Made by a program: the position numbers and the translations under genes. A stretch of 32,000 bases of DNA from Mycobacterium leprae TN (GTDB taxonomy: Bacteria > Actinomycetota > Actinomycetes > Mycobacteriales > Mycobacteriaceae), in the NCBI RefSeq assembly GCF_000195855.1, contig NC_002677.1, positions 3,210,001-3,242,000 of the forward strand, read 5' to 3'. Positions within the stretch are counted from its first letter, which is position 1. Every line of letters begins with the position of its first letter. Positions 30,738 through 32,000 of the stretch are shown piece after piece. A model generated the notes under the pieces. That model was not told where the DNA came from. It made no database searches and worked only from the letters and a program-made list of their open reading frames with translations.

Positions 30738-30797
30738 CAATGTTGGGAGGCGTTGGAGCGTAGTAAGTAGCGTCACACATAGCCACAGGGGGACTCA

Positions 30798-31340
30798 ATG
30801 CTGGAACTCGCCATCCTGGGTCTTCTTATCGAGTCGCCGATGCACGGCTACGAATTACGGAAACGGCTAACCGGGTTACTCGGTGCATTCCGGGCATTTT
30901 CGTATGGCTCGCTTTACCCTGCTCTGCGTCGAATGCAAGCTGACAGGCTAATCACCGGGCACGTCGCACCGGCCGGGACTCCGGTGCGACGTGCCCGGCA
31001 GGTATACCAACTGACAGACGCAGGCCGCCGGCGCTTCAGCGAGCTGGTAACTGACACCGGGCCGGACAATTACACCGACAACGGTTTCGGGGTGCACTTA
31101 GCGTTTTTCAACCGCACACCAGCGGAAGCCCGGATGCGCATCTTGGAAGGCCGTCGCCGTCGGGTCGAAGAACGCCGCGAAGGTTTACGCGAGGCAGTAA
31201 CGCGAGCCAGCAATTCGTTCGACCGTTATACCCGCCAACTACATCAACTCGGGCTCGAGTCCAGCGAACGCGAAGTCAAGTGGCTCAACGAACTGATTGC
31301 CGCTGAACGGGCACTACTCGGCCGTGTCGAGCAGACGTAA
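30798..31340 (+). CDS. PadR-family transcriptional regulator (Rv0047c-like)
   Basis: 180 aa [52 protein letters not shown], the canonical PadR winged helix, with a helical C-domain. Confidence 0.93.
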   Translation: MLELAILGLLIESPMHGYELRKRLTGLLGAFRAFSYGSLYPALRRMQADRLITGHVAPAGTPVRRARQVYQLTDAGRRRFSELVTDTGPDNYTDNGFGVHLAFFNRTPAEARMRILEGRRRRVEERREGLREAVTRASNSFDRYTRQLHQLGLESSEREVKWLNELIAAERALLGRVEQT

Positions 31341-31420
31341 ACCGCTGTACCACCCCGAACACTAACCGAGCAACACTCAAAATCATCCCGAAACACTTGA
31401 TGAGGTTAGGAGAACGCCCT

Positions 31421-32000
31421 ATGAGTGAGCACAACCCAGCAGGGGCGCCAGGGGCGTCGACTGAGGTAAGAGTAGCCATTGTCGGCGTGGGCAACTGCGC
31501 GTCCTCGCTAGTTCAAGGTATCGAGTACTACCAGAACGCTGACGACACATCGACAGTGCCCGGTCTTATGCACGTGCGGTTCGGACCCTACCATGTGCGT
31601 GATGTTAAATTCGTGGCGGCCTTCGACGTAGACGCCAAGAAGGTCGGCGTAGACTTGTCGGACGCGATCTTCACCTCAGAGAACAACACCATCAAGATCG
31701 CCGACGTGCCACCCACCAATGTGGTGGTGCAGCGCGGCCCAACACTGGACGGCATCGGCAAGTACTACACCGACACCATTGAGCTGTCAGACGTTCCACC
31801 CGTCGACGTAGTCCAGGCACTAACAGAAGCCAAGACAGACGTGCTGGTGTCCTACCTGCCGGTGGGTTCCGAAGAAGCCGACAAGTTCTATGCCCAGTGC
31901 GCCATCAACGCCCGCGTAGCGTTCGTGAACGCGCTGCCGGTGTTCATCGCCTCCGACCCAGTGTGGGCCAAAAAATTCGCCGACGCCAGGGTACCGATCG
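31421..32000 (+). CDS. ino1: myo-inositol-1-phosphate synthase, 5' part (truncated by window end)
   Basis: ATG at 31421, [84 protein letters not shown], with no stop before 32000. Confidence 0.94.
   Translation, partial: MSEHNPAGAPGASTEVRVAIVGVGNCASSLVQGIEYYQNADDTSTVPGLMHVRFGPYHVRDVKFVAAFDVDAKKVGVDLSDAIFTSENNTIKIADVPPTNVVVQRGPTLDGIGKYYTDTIELSDVPPVDVVQALTEAKTDVLVSYLPVGSEEADKFYAQCAINARVAFVNALPVFIASDPVWAKKFADARVPI

Noticed and set aside
1-32000. CRISPR arrays, rRNA, tRNA, transposase genes
   Set aside because: No regularly spaced direct repeats, rRNA/tRNA core sequences or transposase motifs were recognised by eye. A tRNAscan-SE, minced and ISfinder run would be decisive.

Overview
The window looks like a decaying chromosomal segment from the Mycobacterium leprae complex. 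This species call is inference from gene content, similarity to recalled mycobacterial proteins and pseudogene density; no database search was run. Intact genes: icd2 (monomeric NADP isocitrate dehydrogenase), a circularly permuted ATP-grasp/alpha-E protein, dnaB with a 145-aa mini-intein in its P-loop, rplI-rpsR-ssb-rpsF, a GT87-like membrane protein, ponA1, a small Rv0049-like protein, a PadR regulator and the 5' part of ino1. Between icd2 and dnaB there are recognisable fossils: a PrrB-like histidine kinase, an ABC permease, an ABC ATPase with a cNMP-binding-like tail, an alpha/beta hydrolase, a divergent TetR regulator, a LysR regulator and a conserved hypothetical. The two most interesting observations are: (1) an apparently continuous 1000-codon transglutaminase/DUF2126 ORF that contains a compensated frameshift pair, which throws the expected catalytic His and Asp out of frame, next to an intact ATP-grasp partner; (2) the DnaB mini-intein with Ala1 and W/C/T signature residues, which fits a class 3 intein. 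I found no CRISPR array, rRNA, tRNA or intact mobile element.
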